From Bdellovibrionales bacterium (GTDB taxonomy: Bacteria > Bdellovibrionota > Bdellovibrionia > Bdellovibrionales > UBA1609), in contig JBOEFV010000027.1 in assembly GCA_050633065.1 (NCBI GenBank), forward strand, positions 3,760 through 49,076: a stretch of DNA of 45,317 nt, read 5' to 3'. The notes under the pieces are model-generated. The model had not been told where the DNA came from and did no database searches. It saw only the letters and a list, made by a program, of their open reading frames with translations. Both the position numbers and the translations under genes were made by a program. Positions 35,617 through 45,317 of the stretch are shown here, piece after piece. Position 1 is the first letter of the stretch. Each line of letters opens with the position of its first letter.

Positions 35617-37769
35617 CTAGTAAAATGTTTTTCCTGATTGAGCCAGCTCTATTAGTGACTTAGCCGGTTTAAATCTTTTTCCATACTTAGACTCATATAC
35701 TTCAAGCTGTGAAACTATTTCTTTTAAACCTATCTTATCAGCATACTTTAGTAGACCACCTCTAAATGGAGGGAAGCCAGTACCCATAATCATTGCAAGA
35801 TCAACTTCATCAGCTTTTTGTACAATCTTATCTTCTAATAATGCACGACTCGCCTCGTTCACCATCGTAAACATACCACGCTTGATGCACTCATCTTCAG
35901 ATAAAGGATTTCTTCTGCTGTCTAACCCAAACTCTTTATAAACACTTGGATCAAACTCTAATTGCTTACCTCTACTATCATACTTATAAAAACCTAATTG
36001 ATTCTTTTTACCTAATCTTTTTGATTCAGCAAATTTTTCAACCAACTTTGAAGTTTCAATTCTGTCTGGAAACGCCGCTTGAAAAATTCTTAAAACCTTC
36101 ACACAAACATCAAGACCAACTTCATCCATTAATCTGTATGGACCCATAGGCATGCCAAATGTATGCGTGTACATTCTATCAACTTTTTCTACATCCATTC
36201 CATCATCTAAAAGAAATAAAGCTTCAGCTAACCATGGAAGTAAAAGTCTATTTACTAAAAAGCCTGGACCATCATTTACAACAACCGGGAATTTACCCAT
36301 GTCTTTTGCTAATTTAAACGTAGTTGCAACCACCTCATCACTAGTGTCATTTCCTCTAATAATCTCCACTAAAGGCATTTTATCAACCGGATTAAAAAAG
36401 TGCATCCCTACAAACTGCTTTGGATTTGGATGAGCTTCAGCCATTTCGTTAACTGATAGCGAAGAAGTGTTTGTTGCCATTATTGCGTCAGGTTTCATAT
36501 GTTTAACAGTTTCAGCAATCACTGCTTTTTTAATGTCCATATTCTCAACAATAGCTTCGACTACTAAGTCAGTTCTTCCAAAGCCTGCGTAATCTAAACC
36601 ACCACTTAGACGGTTCATCTTTTGAGCAAAATCAAACTTTGTCATACGTCGTCTTTTAACTTTTTTATTCCAAATAGCAGCTGCAGCTTTAAAACCTATA
36701 GCTAAAGCCTCTAAAGAAATGTCCTTCATTCTAACTGTAACACCTTTATCAGCCGCTAGTTGAGCAATACCACCACCCATAGTACCAGCACCAAGTACAG
36801 ACATATGTTTTACTTTACTGGGTTTAACATCAGATCCTGGAACCCCTGTGGCTTTTTAATATCTTCAGTCATAAAGAAGAGACCAATTAGGTTTTTACTA
36901 ATGTCTGTAGTTGCAACTTTTAAAAACCCATCAGCTTCTCTCTTTAAAGATTTTGTTCTATCAGATGAACCATATGTTTCTTTAACTACTTGAAGAGCCT
37001 CTAAAGGAGCTGGGTAATGACCTTTAGTAAGCTTCATTACATTCTTCTTTGCTCCTGAGTAGATCATTCCTCTTAAAACTGGAGCATGCATAAGCTTTGC
37101 AGCCATACCTTTTCCAGAAAAAGTTTTTCTTCTTTTCTTAGCACCTTTTTTAATAAGCCCTAAAGCAAACTCTTCAGCCTTACTCTCAAAAATTTCAACA
37201 GGGTATGTTTTATCCACTAAGCCTATTTTTAGTGCTTTTTTTGCTGGAACAAGTTTTCCTGCTAAAATAATACCTAAAGACTCTACTAAACCAATAACTC
37301 TTGGAAGTCTCACACATCCACCAAACCCAGGTAAAATACCGAGCTTTGTTTCTGGTAAGCCGATTTTTGTAGATCTATCGTCTGAAGCAATTCTGTAATC
37401 ACAAGCTAGGGCAAACTCACACCCACCACCTGCACAAGCTCCACTAATTGCTGCAACCACTGGGATCTTTAGATCTTCAAAATCATTCATGATCCCTTGG
37501 CCTGCTTGTACAGCCTTTAAAAATTCTTCTTCTGTATTGATTCTTTTAATTTCGTTTATGTCAGCTCCAGCAATATATATTTTTGGCTTTTTTGAAATCA
37601 CAACCAAAACTTTAATGTCACCATTTGCCTTAATTTCTTCTAACACTTCTTTAAATCTAATCAAAACTGGCTCTGAAAATTTATTAACCTTCTCACCTTG
37701 AAGGTCTAACTCCAACCAACCAATTTGTTTATCTACTCTTAAAGCTACACTTTTTTTCATATCAGACAT
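35617..37769 (-). pseudogene. fadJ: Fatty acid oxidation multifunctional enzyme alpha subunit (FadJ/FadB type), split by an apparent 1-nt frameshift at about 36853-36857; may be a sequencing error
   Basis: 36810-37769 is the enoyl-CoA hydratase domain (IAGADI, GGGCEFALACD, GLPETKLGILPGFGG); 35617-36804 is the 3-hydroxyacyl-CoA dehydrogenase (VLGAGTMGGGIA, TNTSSL, GMHFFNP). One extra A joins them through a plausible linker. Confidence 0.85.
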
Positions 37770-37818
37770 TTTTTAACTCTTCTCTTAATTGTTAATATTT
37801 ATGTTCCTACTTTAATTT

Positions 37819-39171
37819 TTAATTCATTCTCTCAATGACCATGGCTCCACCTTGACCACCACCGATACAAAGTGTTGCAAGTCCAAACTCAACATCACGT
37901 CTTTGCATCTCTTTCATTAGAGTTAAAACTAAACGTGTTCCAGTTGTTCCAACAGGATGCCCCAAAGCAATAGCTCCACCGTTTACGTTAAGAATGTCAT
38001 CCCTAACTTCTCCAACAGCCTCACTTAAACCAAGCTTTTCTTGAGCAAAAGTCTTACTGGCAAAAGCTTTCTGACAAGCCATAACTTGAGCAGCAAAAGC
38101 CTCATTAAGCTCAACTAAACCCATGTCTTTCATTGAAAGACCCGCTCTTTTTAAGGCTAGTGGTGTTGAGTAAACAGGACCAAGCCCCATTCTTTTTGGC
38201 TCAAGCCCTGCAAAACCATAACCTCTAATTTTAGCAATTGGCTTATAACCTTCAGCAAGTGCTTTTTCTTTTGTCATCAAAAGAACCGCCGCTGCTCCAT
38301 CTGTAATAGGGCATGCATTTGCAACAGTAACTGAACCATTTTTTCTATCAAAGAACGGCTTCATTTTTCCAAGTTTCTCTAAAGACTGCCCTTTTCTTGG
38401 GCCGACATCTTCTGAAATAATTTTATCAAAGTTTTTCCCTGTATAAACAGGAGTGATCTCTTGAGCTAAGATTCCATTTTCCTGTGCCGCAACAGCTTTA
38501 TCATGGCTGTTCTTAGCAAAAACATCTTGAGCTTCACGACTTAAACCAAATTCCTTAGCTAGGACTTCTGCAGTTTGCCCCATATTAATACCTTCAAAAG
38601 GGTCTGTAAGACCTTCCATAATTGCAATACGAGGCTTAAACTTTGAGGGTTTAAGTGGTGATGTTGTGGCAAATTCTTTTACTTGATTGATATTAGCGCC
38701 CAGTAAACCAAGAAGTCCTTTAATTTTTGCAATAGGAGTTCTCGCTCTAGATAGATTCTCTAAACGTCTAAGGTGCTCATGATTCCAAATTAATGGGCTT
38801 TGAGACATATTCTCTGTCCCACCTGAAATGATACAGTCCATAGTGCCTGACATGATTTTATCATAGCCTGTTGAAATACTCTCTAAAGCTGATGCACAGT
38901 TTCTGTGCACAGTTGCTGCCGATACTGAAAGCGGCAGCCCTGACCCTAGAGCAACAACTCTTGCAATATTTACTGCATCTGATGGGCTCCCAGTGTTTCC
39001 CATTAAAACTTCTTCAACAAGGTTAACATCTAGATTTGTTTTGTTGATTAATTCTGTGACAGCCGTTCTCCCCAAATCGCTTGCATGTACGTTTTTTAGT
39101 GCTGTTCCAGCTTTTGCAAATGGAGTCCTAATACCTTCTACAATAACAACTTCTCTATTAGACATATTCAC
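37819..39171 (-). CDS. fadI: Acetyl-CoA C-acyltransferase (thiolase), FadI type
   Basis: RTPFAKAGT, VHRNCASALES, NEAFAAQ, NGGAIALGHPVGTTG, LCIGGGQG; upstream of fadJ. Confidence 0.92.
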   Translation of the reverse strand: MNMSNREVVIVEGIRTPFAKAGTALKNVHASDLGRTAVTELINKTNLDVNLVEEVLMGNTGSPSDAVNIARVVALGSGLPLSVSAATVHRNCASALESISTGYDKIMSGTMDCIISGGTENMSQSPLIWNHEHLRRLENLSRARTPIAKIKGLLGLLGANINQVKEFATTSPLKPSKFKPRIAIMEGLTDPFEGINMGQTAEVLAKEFGLSREAQDVFAKNSHDKAVAAQENGILAQEITPVYTGKNFDKIISEDVGPRKGQSLEKLGKMKPFFDRKNGSVTVANACPITDGAAAVLLMTKEKALAEGYKPIAKIRGYGFAGLEPKRMGLGPVYSTPLALKRAGLSMKDMGLVELNEAFAAQVMACQKAFASKTFAQEKLGLSEAVGEVRDDILNVNGGAIALGHPVGTTGTRLVLTLMKEMQRRDVEFGLATLCIGGGQGGAMVIERMN

Positions 39172-39230
39172 CTTCTTTATTTAGTATTTACAGGGGTATA
39201 TCATCTGCCTCACCCCTCTTTTTGTCAAAA

Positions 39231-39248
39231 TGTGTCCTGATTGACACA
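39231..39248. promoter_or_regulatory. Palindrome TGTGTC-N6-GACACA, candidate operator between divergent fadI and maeB
   Basis: Perfect 6-6-6 dyad next to TTGACA hexamers on both strands (39241 on +, about 39223-39228 on -). Confidence 0.45.
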
Positions 39249-39349
39249 CAGACTTTTGGGCTCGACACTGACGTGAAAAGAAACTAGTTAAATCTTCTTA
39301 ATTGAAATCTAAGTACTGCATTTTATATGCGCACATTAAAGGATTAAAT

Positions 39350-41641
39350 ATGGATAAAATTGAACGCGACTCCTTAAAGTATCACTCAAGCGGAACACCT
39401 GGAAAAGTAGAAGTAAACTCATCAAAAGATGTCAGCAGCGACTACGCCCTATCTCTTGCCTACTCTCCAGGAGTGGCAGCTCCTTGTAAAGAAATCGCTA
39501 AAGATCCTCTTAAGGCATTTGAGTACACTTCACGTGGTAACTTAGTTGGAGTAATTACAAACGGAACCGCCGTTCTTGGACTAGGTGACATCGGCCCTTT
39601 AGCAGGAAAACCCGTAATGGAGGGAAAAGGTGTTTTATTTAAGAAGTTTGCAAATATTAACGTTTTTGATATCGAAGTGGATACAAAAGACACTGAAGTT
39701 TTTATTCAAACTGTAAAAGCTCTTGAACCAACTTTTGGTGGAATTAACCTTGAAGATATCGCAGCCCCTCAGTGTTTTGAAATTGAAGACCGCCTAAAGA
39801 AGGAAACCTCAATTCCTGTTTTTCATGACGACCAGCATGGAACAGCTATTATTTCAGCTGCCGCCTTAATAAACGCTTGTGAATTAACTAACAGAAAAAT
39901 GAAAGACCTTAAAGTTGTCTTTAATGGTGCAGGAGCAGCAGCAATGGCTTGTGCAAAACTCATCATTGATATGGGTGTAAATCCTGAAAATCTTCTTATG
40001 TGTGACTCTAAAGGAGTTATTAGAAAAGAGCGCACAGACTTAAACAAATACAAAGTTCCATTTGCACAAGACACTAAGCTAAAAACCCTAGGGGAAGCAC
40101 TTAAAGGTGCTGATGCTTTTATAGGTGTGAGTGTTGGAGGTTGTGTAACAGAAGACATGGTTAAAAATATGGCCGCTCAGCCAATTATTTTTGCTATGGC
40201 AAACCCTGAGCCTGAAATTAGGCCAGAGCTAGCTTTAAAAGTTTGTCCTGATGCTATTATGGCTACAGGAAGAAGTGATTACCCTAACCAAGTAAATAAC
40301 GTATTAGGTTTTCCATATATTTTTAGAGGAGCTTTAGACGTTAGAGCTACTGACATTACTGAAAATATGAAACAAGCTGCTGCATATGCAATTGCTGAGC
40401 TTGCTAGAGAATCAGTTCCTGATGAAGTTTCTGAAGCATACGATGGACAAAACTTCCACTTTGGACCTAACTACATCATTCCAAAACCTTTTGATCCTCG
40501 TGTTCTTTTAAGAGTGGCTCCTGCTGTTGCAAAAGCTGCGATGGATGATGGTGTTGCACTTAACCCTTTAAAAAGCATGAAAGCATATGTTGAAGAACTA
40601 GAGACTTTCCTGGGCGCAAAGCAAAGTTTTATCAGGCCAATCATAAACAGAGTAACAGCTACGAACAGAAAATCTAAGAAGAAACCTAAAATCATTTTCC
40701 CTGAAGCTCGAAGCAGAAAAGTTTTAAAAGCTTGTCAGATTATTATGGAAGAAGGTTTTGCACACCCAGTTCTTGTTGGATCTAAAGAAGACATTCTTAG
40801 AATGGCTGAAGAAAACGAGCTTCCAAAACTTAAAAACGTTGAAGTTATTGATCCTCGTACAGCTAAGAACACCAAACCTCTTGGAAAAGACCTTTATAAA
40901 CTTAGAGCAAGAAAAGGCCTTCTAGAATCAGAAGCTGATCAGTTAATTGAAGATCCATACTACTACGGAGCTATGCTCTTACAAGAAGGCCTTGTTGACG
41001 GACTGGTTTCTGGAGCTGCCACAACTTACTCTCACTCTGTAAGATCAATTTTAGAAGTTGTCGGACCTCAAAAAGACAAAGTTGTTTCTGGTCTAAATAT
41101 TTTTTTAAAAGATGGAAAGTACCTCTTCTTAACTGACACCACGATGAACATAAACCCTTCTGCTGAAGAGCTTGCACAGATTGCAATTGGTGCAGCAGAA
41201 ATTGCAGCTTCATACAAACAAAAGCCTTCTGTAGCGTTCTTATCTTATACAAACTATCGAGGACATGGCCCCTCTCCATCAAAGATGAAAGAAGCCACAA
41301 ACTTAGTAAAAATGCAGGCTCCTTTTTTAAATGTTGATGGTGAGATGCAAGCAGACACCGCTGTTAATAAAGAGATTATGGACAGACTATTTTCTTTTAC
41401 TGATTTAAAGAAAGAAGCAAATCTTCTTGTCTTTCCAAACCTAGATGCTGCAAACATCACTTATAAGCTTTTACAACAGTTGTCTGATGGTGAAATGATT
41501 GGACCTATATTAGTTGGGGCAAATAAGCCTGCTAACGTGGTTCAGCGCACTGGTGGAGTTAATGATATTGTTAACGCTGCAGCTCTTGTTGCTTTAGAGG
41601 TTCAAGAAAGACAGCTGAGAACTGAGGCAAATGCTGAATAA
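39350..41641 (+). CDS. maeB: NADP-dependent malic enzyme fused to a phosphotransacetylase-like domain
   Basis: [46 protein letters not shown]; C-terminal [20 protein letters not shown]; AAGGA RBS favours ATG 39350. Confidence 0.96.
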   Translation: MDKIERDSLKYHSSGTPGKVEVNSSKDVSSDYALSLAYSPGVAAPCKEIAKDPLKAFEYTSRGNLVGVITNGTAVLGLGDIGPLAGKPVMEGKGVLFKKFANINVFDIEVDTKDTEVFIQTVKALEPTFGGINLEDIAAPQCFEIEDRLKKETSIPVFHDDQHGTAIISAAALINACELTNRKMKDLKVVFNGAGAAAMACAKLIIDMGVNPENLLMCDSKGVIRKERTDLNKYKVPFAQDTKLKTLGEALKGADAFIGVSVGGCVTEDMVKNMAAQPIIFAMANPEPEIRPELALKVCPDAIMATGRSDYPNQVNNVLGFPYIFRGALDVRATDITENMKQAAAYAIAELARESVPDEVSEAYDGQNFHFGPNYIIPKPFDPRVLLRVAPAVAKAAMDDGVALNPLKSMKAYVEELETFLGAKQSFIRPIINRVTATNRKSKKKPKIIFPEARSRKVLKACQIIMEEGFAHPVLVGSKEDILRMAEENELPKLKNVEVIDPRTAKNTKPLGKDLYKLRARKGLLESEADQLIEDPYYYGAMLLQEGLVDGLVSGAATTYSHSVRSILEVVGPQKDKVVSGLNIFLKDGKYLFLTDTTMNINPSAEELAQIAIGAAEIAASYKQKPSVAFLSYTNYRGHGPSPSKMKEATNLVKMQAPFLNVDGEMQADTAVNKEIMDRLFSFTDLKKEANLLVFPNLDAANITYKLLQQLSDGEMIGPILVGANKPANVVQRTGGVNDIVNAAALVALEVQERQLRTEANAE

Positions 41642-42899
41642 ATCTGGTCACGACCTGTCCCTAGACTCGGTTAAGGCCATTGCTGTTGGATTTGGAGAGA
41701 AGTCCAACAAAATTGAGTCTATAAAGACTGATTTAGCAGAACTTGAAGAACTCATATATACTCTAGGGTGGGACTTAGTTGGATCCACCTTTCAAAGAGT
41801 AGAACAAATGAAACCAAGAACTCTTCTTGGCGCAGGAAAGCTTGAAGAGCTAAAGAGTCTTATTGAAGAAACTGGAGCAACAGCAATTGTTATTGACCAC
41901 CAGCTTTCAGGGGTACAGCTAAGAAACCTCACAAAAGAACTCGACGTCATTGTTGCCGATAGAAACCAAGTTATTATTGATATCTTTGCCAAGCGCGCAC
42001 AAACAAAGGAAGGAAAACTTCAAGTTGAACTTGCAAGACTCTTAGACGAACTTCCTAGAATGATTGGCGGCTGGCATGGCAGTTTATCAAGACTTGGCGG
42101 TGGTATTGGAACAAGAGGGCCCGGTGAGTCAGCTCTAGAGCATGACAGAAGAACCATTAGAGAGCGCATCAGCACTGTAAGAAAAAGGCTTGAAGAGGTA
42201 AAAAAACATCGTAATCAGACTAAAAAGACTAGAACAGGAACTTTAAAACTTGCACTCGTGGGCTACACAAACGCAGGAAAATCCTCTTTACTTGAAGTGC
42301 TCTCCGGGCAGTCTACTTATGTAGAAGATCAGTTGTTTGCAACCTTAGACCCTTTAACAAAAAAAGTTTTTATTAAGGATATGGGAGAGATTGTTGTAAC
42401 TGATACTGTTGGATTTATTAAAAAAATTCCTACACATTTAATAGAGGCTTTTAAAGCAACCCTAGAGCAGTCTGAAGATGCAGACATACTACTTCACGTA
42501 ATAGACTGCTCTGACCCAAACCATGAAGAAAGGGCTGCTTTTGTTGAAGACCTCATCTCTTCATTTGATTGGGGAGACAAAGAGATACTTAGTGTTTATA
42601 ATAAAATCGATCTCCTCAAACCAGAGAAAAGACAGATGTTTAAAAGACAAAACCCTTTTGCTTTAATCAGTACTTACACAGGCGAGGGCATCTCTCAACT
42701 CAAACACAAGATAAAAGATTTAAGACCCAGTAATCTCATTCAAACTCAAGTATTCATCCCAAACACAGAGTCTTTACTTTCTGAGCGTCTCAAAACTGTA
42801 TGCCAAATAGAACGAGCTGAGACTTCAAGCGTTGGTACCGTTTTTTACGTCTTAATTCAGGAAAAATATTTAAAAGACTGGAAAGATTATATACAATAG
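41631..42899 (+). CDS. hflX: Ribosome-associated GTPase HflX
   Basis: IFAKRAQTKEGKLQVELA, GTRGPGES, VGYTNAGKSS, LFATLDP, DTVGF, NKID. Confidence 0.96.
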   Translation: MLNKSGHDLSLDSVKAIAVGFGEKSNKIESIKTDLAELEELIYTLGWDLVGSTFQRVEQMKPRTLLGAGKLEELKSLIEETGATAIVIDHQLSGVQLRNLTKELDVIVADRNQVIIDIFAKRAQTKEGKLQVELARLLDELPRMIGGWHGSLSRLGGGIGTRGPGESALEHDRRTIRERISTVRKRLEEVKKHRNQTKKTRTGTLKLALVGYTNAGKSSLLEVLSGQSTYVEDQLFATLDPLTKKVFIKDMGEIVVTDTVGFIKKIPTHLIEAFKATLEQSEDADILLHVIDCSDPNHEERAAFVEDLISSFDWGDKEILSVYNKIDLLKPEKRQMFKRQNPFALISTYTGEGISQLKHKIKDLRPSNLIQTQVFIPNTESLLSERLKTVCQIERAETSSVGTVFYVLIQEKYLKDWKDYIQ

Positions 42900-42948
42900 T
42901 AGAGTAAGTATAACTGAGGTTTATTTATTTTAACGAAAGGGTTTCCTA

Positions 42949-43428
42949 ATGAAAGCTTTACTTTTTGCTCTATTGCTATTTCCATCGTTAGCATTTTCTT
43001 GGTCTTTAGATTCTGGAAACTTAAATGGAGATGACTGGGATTCTTCTTTAATGAAAGGCAAAGCCTACATTCTTTTTTATGTAAGCCCAAAGAAGAAGGA
43101 CTTAAACAACGACGCCTCTGATAAACTTAAAGAGCAAAAATTTGATGGTGATGTTTTCGGTTCAGTTGCTGTCATTGATTTAAAAAGCTCTTGGATTCCA
43201 AACAGTCTGATCACAAGGGCTATTAAAAAGAAACAAGCCAAATATCCCAGAACAATTTATTTAAAAGACAAGAAACGTTTTTTACATGAATCTTTAGACT
43301 TTAAGCCCTCTGGAAATGACATCTTTGCTTTTGATAAAGAAGGTAAGGAAATTTTTAGACAGGCCGGGAAGTTAAGCGAAGAAGACACTCAAAGACTTAT
43401 TGATCTTTTAAGGGAATCAATCAAGTAA
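42949..43428 (+). CDS. YtfJ-like periplasmic thioredoxin-fold protein
   Basis: Signal peptide; WDSSLMKGK..ILFYV, AVIDLKSSWIP, KYPRT motifs recalled for the YtfJ family. Confidence 0.65.
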   Translation: MKALLFALLLFPSLAFSWSLDSGNLNGDDWDSSLMKGKAYILFYVSPKKKDLNNDASDKLKEQKFDGDVFGSVAVIDLKSSWIPNSLITRAIKKKQAKYPRTIYLKDKKRFLHESLDFKPSGNDIFAFDKEGKEIFRQAGKLSEEDTQRLIDLLRESIK

Positions 43429-43635
43429 CTTAAATCTTGACCTTTTAACTCCATCAACAACAACCTCTTCTAAAAACATCTGAAGAGGTCTCACCCAGTG
43501 CTTACCAAGGTCATTTTCATATAGACACTCATAAAGAACCAAGTCTTCTAAAGACTCACTATGTTTAACGATATTTAAAACTCTGTACCGCTTTCCTTTG
43601 TAATGCTCATAAACACGATTCAATTTTAAACCCAC
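43417..43635 (-). CDS. DUF1653 domain protein
   Basis: YEHYKGKRY, HSESLEDLVLYECLY, WVRPLQMFLE, RF; AAGGAG RBS favours GTG 43635. Confidence 0.88.
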   Translation of the reverse strand: MGLKLNRVYEHYKGKRYRVLNIVKHSESLEDLVLYECLYENDLGKHWVRPLQMFLEEVVVDGVKRSRFKLLD

Positions 43636-43716
43636 ACTATACTCCTTAAACAAAAAAAGCCCCCTTAAATAAGGAGACTCTCATTTAAAGCTTACCTTTA
43701 TTGGCAAGCTTTACAA

Positions 43717-45317
43717 TTAAAGGCTTAAACTTCCTAATACAGTCATACTATCAATTTTCCAACCATCTCTTGTTTGACTACTGTCAGAAGTGATTCTGAA
43801 CCTAACTTGAAATGACTCAGCTCCTGAGACCACATCCGAAATGTTTATAACTGGAGACTCTACACCTGTGCTTTTTCCGTTAAACTTAGCAACTTCTACC
43901 CAAGTCTTAGAATCGACAGAAACCTCAACATAGCCAAAATCATACTTTGTTTCTAAGTCATACTCAGTTTGAAGTCTTAAGAAAGACTTTTCTGTAGTCA
44001 CCTCAATTGGAGCAAGTGTTAAAGAAGAGTTCTCTTTATTACCGTACTGACCATCTGGAGAATCAGAGAACACACTAGATCCATCTTCTGAAACTTCAAG
44101 CCCCCAAGTTCCTGTAACCTCAACACCGTCTAAAGAGTCAGCATTATTTTCAGATAAGATCTCAACTCTTAATGTTGAATATCCAACTGAATCAGAAAGC
44201 TCACTAACGTTTCCGATGTCATCAGAAGCTCTAACCGCCACATAACCTGTAGAATTTAGATCTAGGTTTTCTAAAAAAAATGTAGCAACTCCATCTTCTA
44301 TAGAGACATCACTTGAAGTAATAAGCTTAGCACCTGCCCAGTTGTCATCAGTTATAGGCTCATTAGAAACTTTAACTTCATACTCACTAGCAGCTCCTTC
44401 AAAACCATCATCACCACTAATGTTAAAGTTGATCTCAACAGAAGACATAAGGCTTTCAACAACCTCTAGTCCATCAATTTTAGCAGGTGCTGTATTATCA
44501 TCTTGTAAAGAGTAAACCGCATTTGCTCTTTTTCCTGAAATTAACTTTGTTGATAACGCGTCTACAGCATCTCCTGTGAAAACAACTCTTCTTCTGATTC
44601 TATCCATTGAATCATTTGGAAACTGTGACTTAATAAATGCCACAAGGCCTGTTATATGAGGTGCCGCCATCGACGTTCCACTCATGTTCTGGTATCCACC
44701 ACCCGGTTTAGTTGATAAAATATCAACTCCAGGAGCAGCTACATGAACCTTAGCTTTTCCATAGTTTGAAAAACTAGCAAGTCTATCGAGTGAATCTACA
44801 GCTGCAACAGATATGATGTTCTCAAGCTCATAGTTTGCTGGATAAAAAGATCCAGTATCGTTATTTGCCGAAGAGTTTCCTGCCGCAGCTACAAATAGGA
44901 TCTGAGCATCATTTGCTTCAGAAATTGCAGCTTTAATAGTATCTGAAGGAGATCCTCCACCCCAAGAATTGTTTGTCACATCAACACCAATTAGTGTTGA
45001 GTACTCAATAGCCTCAGTAATAGCTTCTGTAGTTGTACGACCAGCATCACTGAAGATTTTTAAGCCTACTAATGAAACTTTCCAGTTTACCCCAACAACA
45101 CCTATACCGTTGTTACCTACTGCTCCAATTGAACCAGCACAATGAGTACCGTGGCCATGACCACGCATTGGATCGTTGTCACCATTGATAAAGTCCCAAC
45201 CTCTATGATCATCAACATATCCATTTTCATCATCATCAAGTCCATTTGTAGCCTTATCGTTTCCTTCGGCATCAAGACCTGTTTCACCAGGGTTTGCCCA
45301 GTAGTTATCTTTTAAAT
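43717..45317 (-). CDS. S8 subtilisin-like serine protease with C-terminal beta-sandwich domains; 5' end outside the window
   Basis: HGTHCAG, AAAGN, SGTSMAAP; the frame stays open upstream of 45168 (LKDNYWANPGE...GWDF) to the window edge. Confidence 0.94.
   Translation of the reverse strand, partial: LKDNYWANPGETGLDAEGNDKATNGLDDDENGYVDDHRGWDFINGDNDPMRGHGHGTHCAGSIGAVGNNGIGVVGVNWKVSLVGLKIFSDAGRTTTEAITEAIEYSTLIGVDVTNNSWGGGSPSDTIKAAISEANDAQILFVAAAGNSSANNDTGSFYPANYELENIISVAAVDSLDRLASFSNYGKAKVHVAAPGVDILSTKPGGGYQNMSGTSMAAPHITGLVAFIKSQFPNDSMDRIRRRVVFTGDAVDALSTKLISGKRANAVYSLQDDNTAPAKIDGLEVVESLMSSVEINFNISGDDGFEGAASEYEVKVSNEPITDDNWAGAKLITSSDVSIEDGVATFFLENLDLNSTGYVAVRASDDIGNVSELSDSVGYSTLRVEILSENNADSLDGVEVTGTWGLEVSEDGSSVFSDSPDGQYGNKENSSLTLAPIEVTTEKSFLRLQTEYDLETKYDFGYVEVSVDSKTWVEVAKFNGKSTGVESPVINISDVVSGAESFQVRFRITSDSSQTRDGWKIDSMTVLGSLSL

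Noticed and set aside
43417-43428. 12-nt convergent overlap of the YtfJ-like and DUF1653 genes
   Set aside because: Short 3' overlaps are common in compact genomes; nothing suggests a function.
1-45317. CRISPR arrays, tRNA/rRNA genes, tandem repeats and stop-codon reassignment
   Set aside because: Intergenic gaps are short and show no regularly spaced repeats or cloverleaf patterns by eye; conserved genes are full length under the standard code except fadJ, which is a frameshift rather than an in-frame stop.

Overview
The window has two compositionally different parts joined inside one gene. Bases 1 to about 8600 are GC-rich (50-53% in the lines I counted next to the junction) and carry a membrane desaturase-family gene, a secreted protein with Dx[DN]xDG motifs, an orphan PhnD-like protein, FkpA with a His-rich N-terminus, and two tandem secreted aminopeptidase N genes. 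From about 8620 the sequence is AT-rich (25-35% GC in the lines counted) and looks like core chromosome, probably of a Bdellovibrionota-like bacterium (inference from gene content). That part holds a HAD hydrolase, an outer-membrane barrel, a possible TULIP/BPI-like protein, a lipoprotein HiPIP, an IMPDH/GMP-reductase-family gene, murI, ahpC, a spondin lipoprotein with a divergent LysR gene, a complete alternative complex III operon (actA-F) preceded by System II cytochrome c biogenesis genes, rnhA, a stand-alone rpsD, lolC/E, ridA, fadI with a frameshifted fadJ, maeB, hflX and a truncated subtilase. The GC switch falls on the conserved NFDGITYGKGAS motif of the second pepN, so that ORF is a hybrid; an assembly chimera is the most likely cause, and homologous recombination is the alternative. 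I found no rRNA, tRNA, CRISPR array, transposase or integrase. I cannot establish a new system from sequence alone. The best candidates are the ACIII plus membrane-tethered HiPIP pairing, the barrel plus TULIP-like gene pair, and a sigma-54-type leaderless secreted orphan. All family calls come from motif recognition, not database searches.
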